NCBI RefSeq assembly: GCF_003633715.1
Contig: NZ_RBIE01000001.1
Span: 581,331-605,330, forward strand
Source: Thermovibrio guaymasensis
Lineage (GTDB): Bacteria; Aquificota; Aquificia; Desulfurobacteriales; Desulfurobacteriaceae
DNA length: 24,000 nucleotides
Direction: 5' to 3'
How positions within the stretch are numbered: the stretch's first letter is position 1; every line of letters starts with the position of its first letter. Shown piece by piece: positions 8,703 to 17,186 of this stretch. The notes beneath the pieces are model-generated. The model made no database searches and was not told the origin of the DNA. It saw nothing but the letters and a program-made list of their open reading frames with translations. A program made the translations under genes and the position numbers.

Positions 8703-9633
8703 AATCGTTTCAACAGGCTCTTACCTGCCAGATAGAGTCCTTACTAACTTTGACCTTGAGAGTATGGTTGAGACCTCCGACCAGTGGATAACTACAAGGA
8801 CTGGGATAAAGGAGAGGAGGATCAGCAAGGGAGAAACAACCTCAGATATGGCTACTGAGGCGGCGGTAAGGGCTTTAGGGGATGTTTCACCTGAAAACCT
8901 TGAGCTCATAGTTGTTGCAACGGCAACTCCCGATTCCTTCTTCCCTTCAACTGCCTGTAAAGTTCAATCAAAGATAGGGAACAGAGGAGCAGTTGCCTTT
9001 GACGTTTCTGCTGCCTGCACAGGTTTTATTTATGCCCTTTACGTTGCTGATTCAATTATGAGGAGTAAGGGAGTAAGTAGGGCTCTCGTAATAGGTGCTG
9101 AAAGGTTGTCAAAGATAGTTGACTGGAGTGACAGAACCACCTGCATTCTCTTTGGAGATGGTGCAGGAGCAGTTTACCTTGAAACTTCAGAGGATGAAGG
9201 GATCCTCGGCTTTGACCTTGGAGCTGACGGTTCTTACGGGGAGCTCCTTGCAGTTCCTTCTGTAGGTTCAAACGAAGAATTTCCTTACTACATTAGGATG
9301 AAGGGAAATGAGGTCTTTAAGGTTGCCGTTAGGACTATGGTTGAATCGGCTTTAAGAGTTCTAGAGAAGGTTGGAATGAAGCCTGAAGATGTATCTCTCC
9401 TAATTCCTCATCAGGCAAACTTGCGTATAATAAAGGCGGTTTCTGAGAGGTTGGGCATAAATCAGGAGAAAGTCTTTGTTAACCTTGATAGATACGGAAA
9501 TACCAGTGCAGCTTCAATACCCGTTGCCTTAGATGAAGCCTTAAGGAGCGGAAAGTTAAAGAGGGGAGATGTTGCCCTGTTGGTCGCTTTTGGGGGAGGT
9601 TTTACCTGGGGTTCCTGTGTTATAAAAGTTTAA
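8692..9633 (+). CDS. fabH: 3-oxoacyl-ACP synthase III (FabH)
   Basis: The 313-aa protein has the active-site Cys in SAACTGF, His in IPHQANLRI and Asn in YGNTSAASIP. It overlaps the plsX end by 11 nt. Confidence 0.94.
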   Translation: MGVRIVSTGSYLPDRVLTNFDLESMVETSDQWITTRTGIKERRISKGETTSDMATEAAVRALGDVSPENLELIVVATATPDSFFPSTACKVQSKIGNRGAVAFDVSAACTGFIYALYVADSIMRSKGVSRALVIGAERLSKIVDWSDRTTCILFGDGAGAVYLETSEDEGILGFDLGADGSYGELLAVPSVGSNEEFPYYIRMKGNEVFKVAVRTMVESALRVLEKVGMKPEDVSLLIPHQANLRIIKAVSERLGINQEKVFVNLDRYGNTSAASIPVALDEALRSGKLKRGDVALLVAFGGGFTWGSCVIKV

Positions 9634-9649
9634 ACTAACTGGAGGGAGA

Positions 9650-10606
9650 ATGTTAAAGACGAGGCTCTGTGAGATACTCGGAATTGAGTATCCGATTTTA
9701 CAAGGGGGAATGGCCTGGATTGCAGATGCCGAGCTTGCCGCTGCAGTTTCAAATGCTGGAGGTCTTGGGATTATTGCAGGCGGTAGCAGGAGCGCTGAAG
9801 AGCTCCGCCAGGAGATTAGAAAGTGTAAAGAGCTTACGGATAAGCCCTTTGGCGTAAATGTAATGCTAATGATGCCTAACGCTGAGGATATTATAAGAGT
9901 TTGTATTGAAGAGGAAGTTCCGGTAGTAACAACCGGAGCGGGAAACCCGGGAAAGTACATCCCCGCCTTTAAGGAAAAGGGAATAAAGGTAATTCCTGTT
10001 GTTGCAAGTGATGCCCTTGCAAAGAGAATGGAGAGGATAGGCGTTGATGCTGTGGTTGCCGAAGGAATGGAAGCCGGAGGCCATATAGGGAAGTTGACTA
10101 CAATGGTTCTCATTCCTTCCATAGTAAGGGCTGTAAGTATTCCTGTAATTGCTGCCGGTGGAATAGCCCTTGGAGAACAAGCAGCTGCAGCCTTTGCCCT
10201 CGGAGCTGAAGGAGTCCAAGTAGGTACTCGCTTCTTGGCAGCTAAGGAGTGTAACGTTCACCCCAAGTATAAGGAGAAGATATTAAAGGCGCGTTTCAAT
10301 CAGGTTACTGTTACCGGAATTACGACAGGCCATCCTGTAAGGCTCATTGAGAATAAGTTGACTAAGAAGTTTGAGGAACTTGAGTTTTCAGGAGCTCCAA
10401 AGGAGGAGCTTGAGGAACTTGGAAGGGGAAGGCTCCGTCTTGCTGCTGAGAGCGGTGATGTTGATTGGGGCTCTGTGATGGCCGGTCAGGTTGTCGGATA
10501 CGTTAATAAAGAGGAGACGGCTGAGGAAATTATTAAGGACATAATGGGAGGAGCTGAGAGGACCTTGAAGAATTTGTGCAACAAGTTCTTTAATTGTGAG
10601 GTTTAA
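9650..10606 (+). CDS. fabK: Enoyl-ACP reductase II (FabK, FMN-dependent, NPD/nitronate monooxygenase fold)
   Basis: The 318-aa protein contains YPILQGGMAW, GGLGII, TTGAGNP, AEGMEAGGHIGKLTT, IAAGGI and VQVGTRF, matching the FabK subfamily as I remember it from streptococci. It lies directly after fabH, and GGAGGGAG sits 2 nt before the ATG. Confidence 0.8.
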   Translation: MLKTRLCEILGIEYPILQGGMAWIADAELAAAVSNAGGLGIIAGGSRSAEELRQEIRKCKELTDKPFGVNVMLMMPNAEDIIRVCIEEEVPVVTTGAGNPGKYIPAFKEKGIKVIPVVASDALAKRMERIGVDAVVAEGMEAGGHIGKLTTMVLIPSIVRAVSIPVIAAGGIALGEQAAAAFALGAEGVQVGTRFLAAKECNVHPKYKEKILKARFNQVTVTGITTGHPVRLIENKLTKKFEELEFSGAPKEELEELGRGRLRLAAESGDVDWGSVMAGQVVGYVNKEETAEEIIKDIMGGAERTLKNLCNKFFNCEV

Positions 10607-10609
10607 CCT

Positions 10610-11074
10610 ATGAAGGTAAACGAAGGGAATTTAAACGCTGAAGGTTTGAAGTTTGCAATAGTTGTTAGCAGGTTCAACTCTTTTATAACTGAAAGGTTAC
10701 TTGAAGGAGCTCTTGACTGTCTCGTTAGACACGGATGTAGTAAAGACAATATAGAGATCTTTAAGATTCCCGGAGCTTTTGAGATACCTCTTGTTGCAAA
10801 GAAGCTTGCAGAGAGAGATTACGACGCAGTTATAGCCCTCGGTGCAGTGATAAGGGGAGAGACTCCCCACTTTGATTACGTAGCTGCCGAGGTAAGTAAG
10901 GGAGTTGCCTCTGTTTCCCTTGAAACCGGAAAGCCGGTTATTTTTGGAGTTTTAACTACAGATACGGTTGAGCAAGCAATAGATAGGGCTGGAGCTAAGG
11001 CTGGAAATAAGGGTTGGGAAGCAGCTTTAGCGGCTATAGAAATGGTTAACCTCCTAAAGGGTATGGAGAGGTAA
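10610..11074 (+). CDS. ribH: 6,7-dimethyl-8-ribityllumazine synthase
   Basis: The 154-aa protein contains [33 protein letters not shown] and [13 protein letters not shown]. It is closely collinear with Aquifex-type lumazine synthase. Confidence 0.95.
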   Translation: MKVNEGNLNAEGLKFAIVVSRFNSFITERLLEGALDCLVRHGCSKDNIEIFKIPGAFEIPLVAKKLAERDYDAVIALGAVIRGETPHFDYVAAEVSKGVASVSLETGKPVIFGVLTTDTVEQAIDRAGAKAGNKGWEAALAAIEMVNLLKGMER

Positions 11075-11496
11075 TGACTAACAGGGATAAGAGAAGGGCA
11101 AGACACCACGCTTACCTTATGCTTTACCAGTGGGATATTTCGTCCCTTTCTCCCGAAGAGATATCCTCCCTCTACTGGGAAGAGGTGGAAGAAACTTCAC
11201 CACAAGTAAAGGAGCTTGCCAAGAGGCTCTTTAGATCAACAGTTGAAAGCCTTGAAAATGTTGATACTGAAATAGAGAAACACTTAAAGGAAGGCTGGAA
11301 AGTCTTAAGGCTCCTTCCCGTTGACCGTTCAATCTTGAGGGGGGCTACCTACGAGATCCTAAACTGGAATCTATCTCCTGCCGAGGCCGTAATAAACGAT
11401 GCCGTTGAATTTGCAAAGCTTTACGGTGAAGACCCAAAGTCTCCAGCATTCATTAACGCCGTCCTTGATAAAGTAAAAAGAGATGTCGGGAAGTAG
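11074..11496 (+). CDS. nusB: Transcription antitermination factor NusB
   Basis: The 140-aa helical protein has an R-rich N-terminus (RRARHHAYLMLYQWD) and a C-terminal INAVLDKV block. It shows the conserved ribH-nusB adjacency, with a TAATG one-nt overlap. Confidence 0.85.
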   Translation: MTNRDKRRARHHAYLMLYQWDISSLSPEEISSLYWEEVEETSPQVKELAKRLFRSTVESLENVDTEIEKHLKEGWKVLRLLPVDRSILRGATYEILNWNLSPAEAVINDAVEFAKLYGEDPKSPAFINAVLDKVKRDVGK

Positions 11497-12289
11497 GCTG
11501 GCCCTCTTTGCAGGTTCGGGAGATCTTCCCTTAGAGTTTTTGAAGTCGGCCTCAAGGAGAGGTGAAAAGGTTATTACCTTTGCCCTCTCCGGTATAACCC
11601 AGCCTGCCGTTGAGGAGATTTCCTACAGGACTTTCTGGATAAAGCCCTTTAAGTTAGGGGACTTTCTAAAGAAGTTGGCCTCTTCTCAAGTTAGGGAGAT
11701 AGTTTTCCTTGGAAAAGTTGAACACAGAGTTGCCCTTTCCCTCAGCGGCCTTGACTTAAAGGCCTTAAAGTTCCTCTTCTCCCTTAAAGATAGAAAACCT
11801 GAAACCATAATTAAGGGTATTTTCTCTGAAGTTGAGCGTTTAGGTGTGAAAGTTGTAGATCCAATCCCTTACCTGACTCACCTTCTTGTCCCCTCAGGTA
11901 CCGTAATGGGGAAGGTTCCCTCTGAGGAACTCTTAGAGGAGCTATCTTCTGGAATGGAAATTACGCGGAAGATTGCATCCCTTGATATTGGCCAGACTGT
12001 CGTTATAAAGGATGGGGGTGTTGTTGCAGTTGAGGCAGTTGAGGGAACTGATGAGTGTATAAGGAGAGGGGCAAAACTTGCAGGGAAAGGTTTTATAGTC
12101 TGTAAAGCCGCTAGAGAGTCTCAAGATATGAAGGTTGACGTTCCAACTGTTGGAATTGAAACTGTTAGGCTTATTAAATCGTTAGGGGGGAAAGCGTTAG
12201 CAATTGACTCTGGGAAGACCTACTTGCTCAATAGAGAGGAGGTGGAAGATTTCTGTAAAAAGCATAATTTTTCCCTCGTTTCCCTTTAA
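11483..12289 (+). CDS. lpxI: UDP-2,3-diacylglucosamine pyrophosphatase LpxI (DUF1009 family)
   Basis: The 268-aa protein has an N-terminal LALFAGSGDLP and a C-terminal DIGQTVVIKDGGVVAVEAVEGTDECIRRG...VDVPTVG, the pattern I associate with LpxI. It overlaps the nusB end by 14 nt. Confidence 0.7.
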   Translation: MSGSRLALFAGSGDLPLEFLKSASRRGEKVITFALSGITQPAVEEISYRTFWIKPFKLGDFLKKLASSQVREIVFLGKVEHRVALSLSGLDLKALKFLFSLKDRKPETIIKGIFSEVERLGVKVVDPIPYLTHLLVPSGTVMGKVPSEELLEELSSGMEITRKIASLDIGQTVVIKDGGVVAVEAVEGTDECIRRGAKLAGKGFIVCKAARESQDMKVDVPTVGIETVRLIKSLGGKALAIDSGKTYLLNREEVEDFCKKHNFSLVSL

Positions 12290-12295
12290 GTCCCC

Positions 12296-12337
12296 CTCCC
12301 TCCCCTTATGGAGAGGGAGCCGCCCTTATTGATTTTT
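12296..12337 (+). terminator. Possible terminator hairpin between the convergent lpxI and alcohol dehydrogenase genes
   Basis: CTCCCTC(C)CC at 12296-12305 pairs with GG(A)GAGGGAG at 12310-12319, giving 9 bp with one mismatch and a TTAT loop. A T5 run follows only at 12333-12337, about 14 nt downstream, so this is not a canonical intrinsic terminator. Confidence 0.3.
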
Positions 12338-12396
12338 CTAACGCCTTCACCTACAAGCTTACTTAAAGTTTTATACGTAATCAATACCTTTAAGTT

Positions 12397-13530
12397 TTAA
12401 ACTAAAGTTTGAAGAATTCCCCTAATTTCTCTTTCTGAAGGGATTTTAGGCAGGTTGCCCATCAGAAACTTTTTCTCCATGCACTTTTCAACGAAAAATG
12501 CTATGTCGCTCTTTTCAACTCCAAGGTCCTTAAGGCTTGAAGGTATTCCAAGGAACTCTAACCACTCTTCAAGCCCTTCTATTACCTTTCTGTAGTCGCC
12601 GTTTATTCCCAGGTGTTTCCCTAGTTCCTCTATTTCCTCTTTAACACTTAGACCGTAGAACTTTAAAACTGAAACTAGGAAAACTCCGTTTGCAAGGCCG
12701 TGGGGAACCTTCTTTAAAACCCCTAGAATGTGGGCAAGCGTGTGGACGAGGCCTGCTCCTGCAAGGCTTATTGCCATCCCTCCAAGCAGACTCCCCTTCA
12801 TAACTCCTTCCCTTGCCACTAGATCTGCAGGGTTTCCTGCTGCCCTTGGAAGGTTCTTGAAGATCAGTTCTGCCCCTTTGAGGGAGTAGAGCTTACTTAT
12901 TATCCTTGCCCTCTTGGATAGAAGGGATTCAACTGTATGGGTGAATGCGTCAACTCCGGTGTTTACAGTTACGCTCCTCGGCATTGACAAAGTAAGTGTT
13001 GGGTCATCAACTGCAAGGGTCGGAAAGAGGTAGTGTGAGATTAAAGGGGCCTTTTTCATTCTTTCCTTGTCTGTAAGCACTGCGTAGGGGGTTACTTCTG
13101 AGCCTGAGCCTGAGGTTGTTGGAACTGCAACTAGAGGAATTCCGAGCTTTTTAAACCCTTCAGGGACGCCTATGTACTCCTCTAACTTACCTTCGTTTGT
13201 AAGCATTACTGAAACAGCTTTTGCAACGTCAAGGGGACTCCCTCCCCCTATAGCGATTATGAGTGTTGGGGAAAACTCTTTTACTTCCTCTAAAATCTCA
13301 AGTGCGTTCTCAACCGTAGGTTCCTGCTTTACGTTGCTGAAGATTTTTATCTCTCCTTTAATGTTTTCCTCTACCTGTTTTACGTATCCGTTTGAGATGG
13401 CAGAAGGTGAGCAGATAACTGCCGTTCTTTCTGGGTTTAGCCTGAGGAAGTTGACTTCCTCTTCCAGTTTCTTAAGAGCTCCGTTCCCAAAAACAACTCT
13501 CGTTGGAATGTGATACTTCTCAAAAGGCAT
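12397..13530 (-). CDS. Iron-containing (group III) alcohol dehydrogenase family protein
   Basis: The 377-aa protein contains GGGSPLDVAKA for nucleotide binding and TTSGSGSE. Metal-ligand-type residues appear in GVDAFTHTVES, HTLAHILG and PHGLANG. AGGAGGAAAG precedes the ATG. Substrate cannot be assigned from sequence. Confidence 0.85.
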   Translation of the reverse strand: MPFEKYHIPTRVVFGNGALKKLEEEVNFLRLNPERTAVICSPSAISNGYVKQVEENIKGEIKIFSNVKQEPTVENALEILEEVKEFSPTLIIAIGGGSPLDVAKAVSVMLTNEGKLEEYIGVPEGFKKLGIPLVAVPTTSGSGSEVTPYAVLTDKERMKKAPLISHYLFPTLAVDDPTLTLSMPRSVTVNTGVDAFTHTVESLLSKRARIISKLYSLKGAELIFKNLPRAAGNPADLVAREGVMKGSLLGGMAISLAGAGLVHTLAHILGVLKKVPHGLANGVFLVSVLKFYGLSVKEEIEELGKHLGINGDYRKVIEGLEEWLEFLGIPSSLKDLGVEKSDIAFFVEKCMEKKFLMGNLPKIPSEREIRGILQTLV

Positions 13531-13595
13531 CTTTCCTCCTTTTGTCTTTTCCTCTATGATACACTCTGATTAAGTATAAAGGAGAGAGGGAAGAG
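13531..13595. promoter_or_regulatory. Divergent control region between the alcohol dehydrogenase gene and reverse gyrase
   Basis: This 65-nt gap holds both Shine-Dalgarno sites: AGGAGG on the minus strand at 13535-13540 and AGGAGAGAGGG at 13580-13590. It also holds -10-like hexamers TATGAT (13555-13560) and TATAAA (13575-13580). I found no convincing -35 partner. Confidence 0.2.
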
Positions 13596-16500
13596 ATGAA
13601 AATTGCCGAATTTTACCGTATGTGTCCTAACTGCGGAGGGATTATTTCAGACGAAAGGCTTAAAAAGGGACTTCCCTGTGAGAAGTGTTTACCAAAAGAG
13701 ATTGACTATTCAGAGAGGGAGGAGATATGCTCTGACCTTGGAGATAACTTAAGGAGGTTTGAGGAGCTCTGCTCCCTTGATTCCTTTGTTAAAGACTATA
13801 CCCGTTTCTTTAAGGAGAAAACAGGTTTTACCCCTTGGTCGCTTCAGATTATGTGGGCAAAGAGGGTTGCCCTTAAGAAGTCCTTTACTATGATTGCTCC
13901 TACTGGTGTAGGGAAGACTACCTGGGGCCTTGTAACTTCTGCTTACTTAAAGGGTAAGGTTTATATACTAGTTCCTACGAAGCTCTTGGTTTTGCAAACG
14001 CTTGATAGACTCTCAAAACTAACGGATAAGAGAATAGTTGCATATACTGGAAAAAAGAGTGAAAAGGAAGAAATAAAAAGCGGCAATTTTGACGTCCTTA
14101 TAACGACGACAAACTTCCTCTATAGGAACTTTGAGATTATTCCAAAGCCCTTTAACTTTGTCTTCGTTGATGACGTTGATTCCCTCTTAAAGAGCGCAAA
14201 GAACGTTGATAAAGTCATTCAACTTCTCGGCTTTACTGAGGAGGACGTTAACCTTGCTATGAAGGTTATTGACCTTAAGTCAAAGATTGCCTCTTTAGGG
14301 GAGAGAGCTCCCAAGTCCCTCTTTGAGAGGTTGAGGAAGTATGAACGGTACCTGGAAAGGAGGAGGGAGGCAATAGAGAACGTCTTGGTTGTATCCTCAG
14401 CTACTTCTCAGCCCCGTTCAAAGAGGGTTAAGCTCTTTAGGGAGCTCCTCGGCTTTGAAGTAGGTAAATCTGCTTCAGCTTTAAGGAACGTTGAAGATGT
14501 CCTCATATATACAGATAAGGATTTCCTTGATGAAGCTGTAAGGCTCATAAAAAAGTATGGAAAGGGCGTTTTCGTCTTTATTTCTTCAGATATGGGTAAA
14601 GATTTTGTTGACGTTGTAGTTGATAGGTTAAACAGTAGTGGAGTTCCTTCTGTTTCTTACGAAGATTTCACCCCTGAAAATCAGGAGAAGTTCGTAAACG
14701 GTGAAATCTGGGCTGCAGTCGGAATTGCAAGCTACAGGAACCCCCTTGCAAGGGGTATAGACCTACCTCAGGCTGTAAGGTACGCTGTCTTCCTAGGTGT
14801 TCCAAAAATGGAGTTTTCCGTTAGGTTAACCCTTGCTCCTGTGAAGCTCTTTGGAATGCTTCTAGTTTTAAGGGACCTCTTTCCCAGGGAGGAGGAACCT
14901 AAGGTAATTTCCTACCTTACCTACCTTAAAAGGTACTTGAGCTTAAAGGAGGAACTCCTTGATAAGTATCCAAGGATAAAGGGGAAGCTTGAAGAGATTA
15001 GATCCTTCCTAGAAGGTTATCTGAGCGATGAGGAATTCTTAAAGAAGATTAAAGAGTCTGAGACTGTAATCCTTAAGGAGAGGGATGGGGAGCTCTACGT
15101 AGTTGTTGGAGACGCTGCAGGGTACGTTCAGGCTTCCGGTAGGACTTCAAGGATGTTTGCGGGAGGTTTAACTAAGGGCGTTAGCCTTATGTTCGTTGAT
15201 GACCTTAAGGCCCTTACTTCCCTAAGGAAAAGGATTTTAATCTTCCTTGAAGATGTTAACTTCAAAGTTCTTAGCTACGGCAAGGGTAAAGAGCTTTCAG
15301 AGAAGTTCGGGTTTGAGCTTATAGAAGAGAAAGATTTAAGGAGAATTTTTGAGGTAGTTGATAAAGATAGGGAGAGGGTTAGGAAAATCCTCTCAAGAGA
15401 GATAACCTCTGAAACAAAGAGTTTGGTCAAGACTGCTCTAGTTGTAGTTGAGTCTCCAAACAAGGCCAGGACTATTGCCTCTTTCTTTGGAAAACCTGTT
15501 AGAAGGAGGTTAAAGGACGTAGATGCCTATGAGATAAACATAGGTAACAAACTCCTCTTACTTACAGCATCTAAAGGGCACGTCTTTGACCTTACCGTTA
15601 GGGATGGTATCTGGGGAGTTAAGGAGGAAGAGGGAAGGTTTATCACCGTCTATGACACTATAAAGTACTGTACGAAGTGTAACGAACAGACTACTGAACC
15701 CTTCTGTTCAAAGTGTGAAGGGAGGCCCGACGTAGATAAAGTAACTATAGTTTCAGCCTTGAGGGAGTTAGCCCTTGAGATTGATGAAGTTTACATAGCC
15801 AGTGACCCAGATACTGAAGGGGAAAAGATCGGTTGGGACGTTGGAGTTGTTATCAAACCCTACCAGATGAACTTAAAGAGGATGGAGTTCCACGAGGTAA
15901 CGAAGTGGGCCTTTATGGAGGCTATTGAGAATCCTAGGGAAGTTGATGAGGACTTAGTAAAGGCCCAGATAGTTAGGAGAGTTGCAGACAGGTGGGTCGG
16001 TTTTTCACTCAGCCAGCACCTATGGAAAGTCTTTAAGAAGAACTGGCTCAGTGCAGGTAGGGTTCAGACTCCGGTCTTAGGCTGGGTTATTGAAAGGTAC
16101 AAAGAGAGTAAAGAGAGGATCGGTGTAATTACGGTTGAAACTGAGGTAGGTAAGTTCTCTTTTAAGTTTGAAGACCTCAAGGAGTTTAAAAGGGTAATAC
16201 CTGATAAGGTGAAGGTAAAAGTTCTAAAGGTTGAGGAAGTGGACAAAAACCCAAAACCTCCTTTCAATACTGGAGAGCTCCTAAAGGAGGCTTCTGATAA
16301 GTTGAACCTGTCTGCAGACAGAGTTATGGAGATTGCCCAGGAGCTCTTTGAGAGCGGTTTCATAACTTATCACAGGACCGATTCAACTAGGGTTTCAACT
16401 GCAGGGATGGGAGTTGCTAAAGAGTATATTTCTGAAAAGTTCGGTCCCGATTTTGTTAAGCTGAGGCCGTGGGGTGAAGGAGGGGCTCACGAATGTATAA

Positions 16501-17174
16501 GGCCTACAAGACCTCTTGACGTTAACGCTTTAAGGACTCTGGTAACCGTTTCAGGTTCAACGGCTAAGATGACTGAGGAGCACTTTGCAGTTTACGATTT
16601 AATCTTTAGGCGTTTCATCGCTTCACAGATGGTTCCAGTTAGGGCCGTCAAAGTTGAGCTCCTCCTAAAGCTCTTACCTACCGACGTTGAAACTACAGAG
16701 GAGAAGCTTGTAAGAATCGTTAAGGATGGCTGGAACTTAGTTGAGCCTTTAACCGTTGAGGAGCTCCCCTTTGAAGTTAAAGAGGGTGAAACTTACTACT
16801 TTGACGTTTTCTCCTATACTAGGAGAAGAGTTCCGAAGGTCTTTCCCTACACTCAGGGAGAGCTCGTTGAGGAGATGAGGAGGAGGAGAATAGGAAGGCC
16901 CTCAACTTACGCAAAGATAGTTCAAACTCTCCTTGACAGACACTACGTTGTTCAAAGGGGTAGATTCCTCTACCCTACAAAGTTGGGAGTGGATGTTTAC
17001 AGTTACTTAAGTACCCACTTTCCCGAGTATACATCGGAGGAGTTTACTAGAGAACTTGAGGAGTTGATGGACAAGGTAGAGAGGGGAGAGGTTGACTATC
17101 AGGAGATAATCAGAAACCTAAAACCGGTTTTGAGGTTTGCAAAGATTAACCCGAAACAGACCGTAGGGGATTAG
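13596..17174 (+). CDS. rgy: Reverse gyrase (helicase-like domain fused to a type IA topoisomerase)
   Basis: The 1192-aa protein has an N-terminal Zn finger CPNCGG...CEKC (aa 10-31). Helicase motifs are Walker A APTGVGKT (aa 101-108, nt 13896-13919), motif II VDDVD (aa 191-195) and motif VI QASGRTSR (aa 512-519). The Toprim domain shows VVESPNKA (Glu619, nt 15450-15452) and DPDTEGE (aa 737-743). A second Zn finger CTKC...CSKC lies at aa 692-707. The catalytic Tyr925 in GFITYHRTDS is at nt 16368-16370. Confidence 0.96.
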   Translation: MKIAEFYRMCPNCGGIISDERLKKGLPCEKCLPKEIDYSEREEICSDLGDNLRRFEELCSLDSFVKDYTRFFKEKTGFTPWSLQIMWAKRVALKKSFTMIAPTGVGKTTWGLVTSAYLKGKVYILVPTKLLVLQTLDRLSKLTDKRIVAYTGKKSEKEEIKSGNFDVLITTTNFLYRNFEIIPKPFNFVFVDDVDSLLKSAKNVDKVIQLLGFTEEDVNLAMKVIDLKSKIASLGERAPKSLFERLRKYERYLERRREAIENVLVVSSATSQPRSKRVKLFRELLGFEVGKSASALRNVEDVLIYTDKDFLDEAVRLIKKYGKGVFVFISSDMGKDFVDVVVDRLNSSGVPSVSYEDFTPENQEKFVNGEIWAAVGIASYRNPLARGIDLPQAVRYAVFLGVPKMEFSVRLTLAPVKLFGMLLVLRDLFPREEEPKVISYLTYLKRYLSLKEELLDKYPRIKGKLEEIRSFLEGYLSDEEFLKKIKESETVILKERDGELYVVVGDAAGYVQASGRTSRMFAGGLTKGVSLMFVDDLKALTSLRKRILIFLEDVNFKVLSYGKGKELSEKFGFELIEEKDLRRIFEVVDKDRERVRKILSREITSETKSLVKTALVVVESPNKARTIASFFGKPVRRRLKDVDAYEINIGNKLLLLTASKGHVFDLTVRDGIWGVKEEEGRFITVYDTIKYCTKCNEQTTEPFCSKCEGRPDVDKVTIVSALRELALEIDEVYIASDPDTEGEKIGWDVGVVIKPYQMNLKRMEFHEVTKWAFMEAIENPREVDEDLVKAQIVRRVADRWVGFSLSQHLWKVFKKNWLSAGRVQTPVLGWVIERYKESKERIGVITVETEVGKFSFKFEDLKEFKRVIPDKVKVKVLKVEEVDKNPKPPFNTGELLKEASDKLNLSADRVMEIAQELFESGFITYHRTDSTRVSTAGMGVAKEYISEKFGPDFVKLRPWGEGGAHECIRPTRPLDVNALRTLVTVSGSTAKMTEEHFAVYDLIFRRFIASQMVPVRAVKVELLLKLLPTDVETTEEKLVRIVKDGWNLVEPLTVEELPFEVKEGETYYFDVFSYTRRRVPKVFPYTQGELVEEMRRRRIGRPSTYAKIVQTLLDRHYVVQRGRFLYPTKLGVDVYSYLSTHFPEYTSEEFTRELEELMDKVERGEVDYQEIIRNLKPVLRFAKINPKQTVGD

Positions 17175-17186
17175 GAGATGACCTTT

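Noticed and set aside
9556-10261. Long antisense ORFs inside fabH and fabK (188 aa at 9556-10122 and 131 aa at 9866-10261), plus a same-strand out-of-frame 62-aa ORF at 9669-9857.
   Set aside because: These are shadow ORFs opposite or within a strongly supported gene. Their products are low-complexity (P/S/T/A/I-rich), have no start context and match no recognisable family.
9650-10606. An alternative call of the NPD-fold gene as nitronate monooxygenase (2-nitropropane dioxygenase).
   Set aside because: The block-by-block resemblance to FabK (GGMAW, TTGAGNP, AEGMEAGGHIGKLTT, VQVGTRF) and its position directly after fabH favour FabK. The alternative is kept as an explicit caveat in the findings.
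10560-10612. A possible FMN riboswitch or attenuator upstream of ribH.
   Set aside because: Only 3 nt separate the fabK stop from the ribH ATG. There is no room for an RFN element, and none of its conserved stems are visible in the fabK 3' end.
12308-12400. A 30-aa ORF (MEREPPLLIFLTPSPTSLLKVLYVINTFKF) in the lpxI / alcohol dehydrogenase intergenic gap.
   Set aside because: It has no Shine-Dalgarno; the upstream sequence is a C-rich tract, the opposite of an RBS. Its start lies inside the hairpin and its end overlaps the alcohol dehydrogenase stop, so it is most likely fortuitous.
13172-16363. Antisense ORFs in the alcohol dehydrogenase gene (13172-13513) and reverse gyrase (15275-15463, 16064-16363).
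   Set aside because: For the same reason, these are shadows of confidently assigned genes, with serine/leucine-rich low-complexity products.
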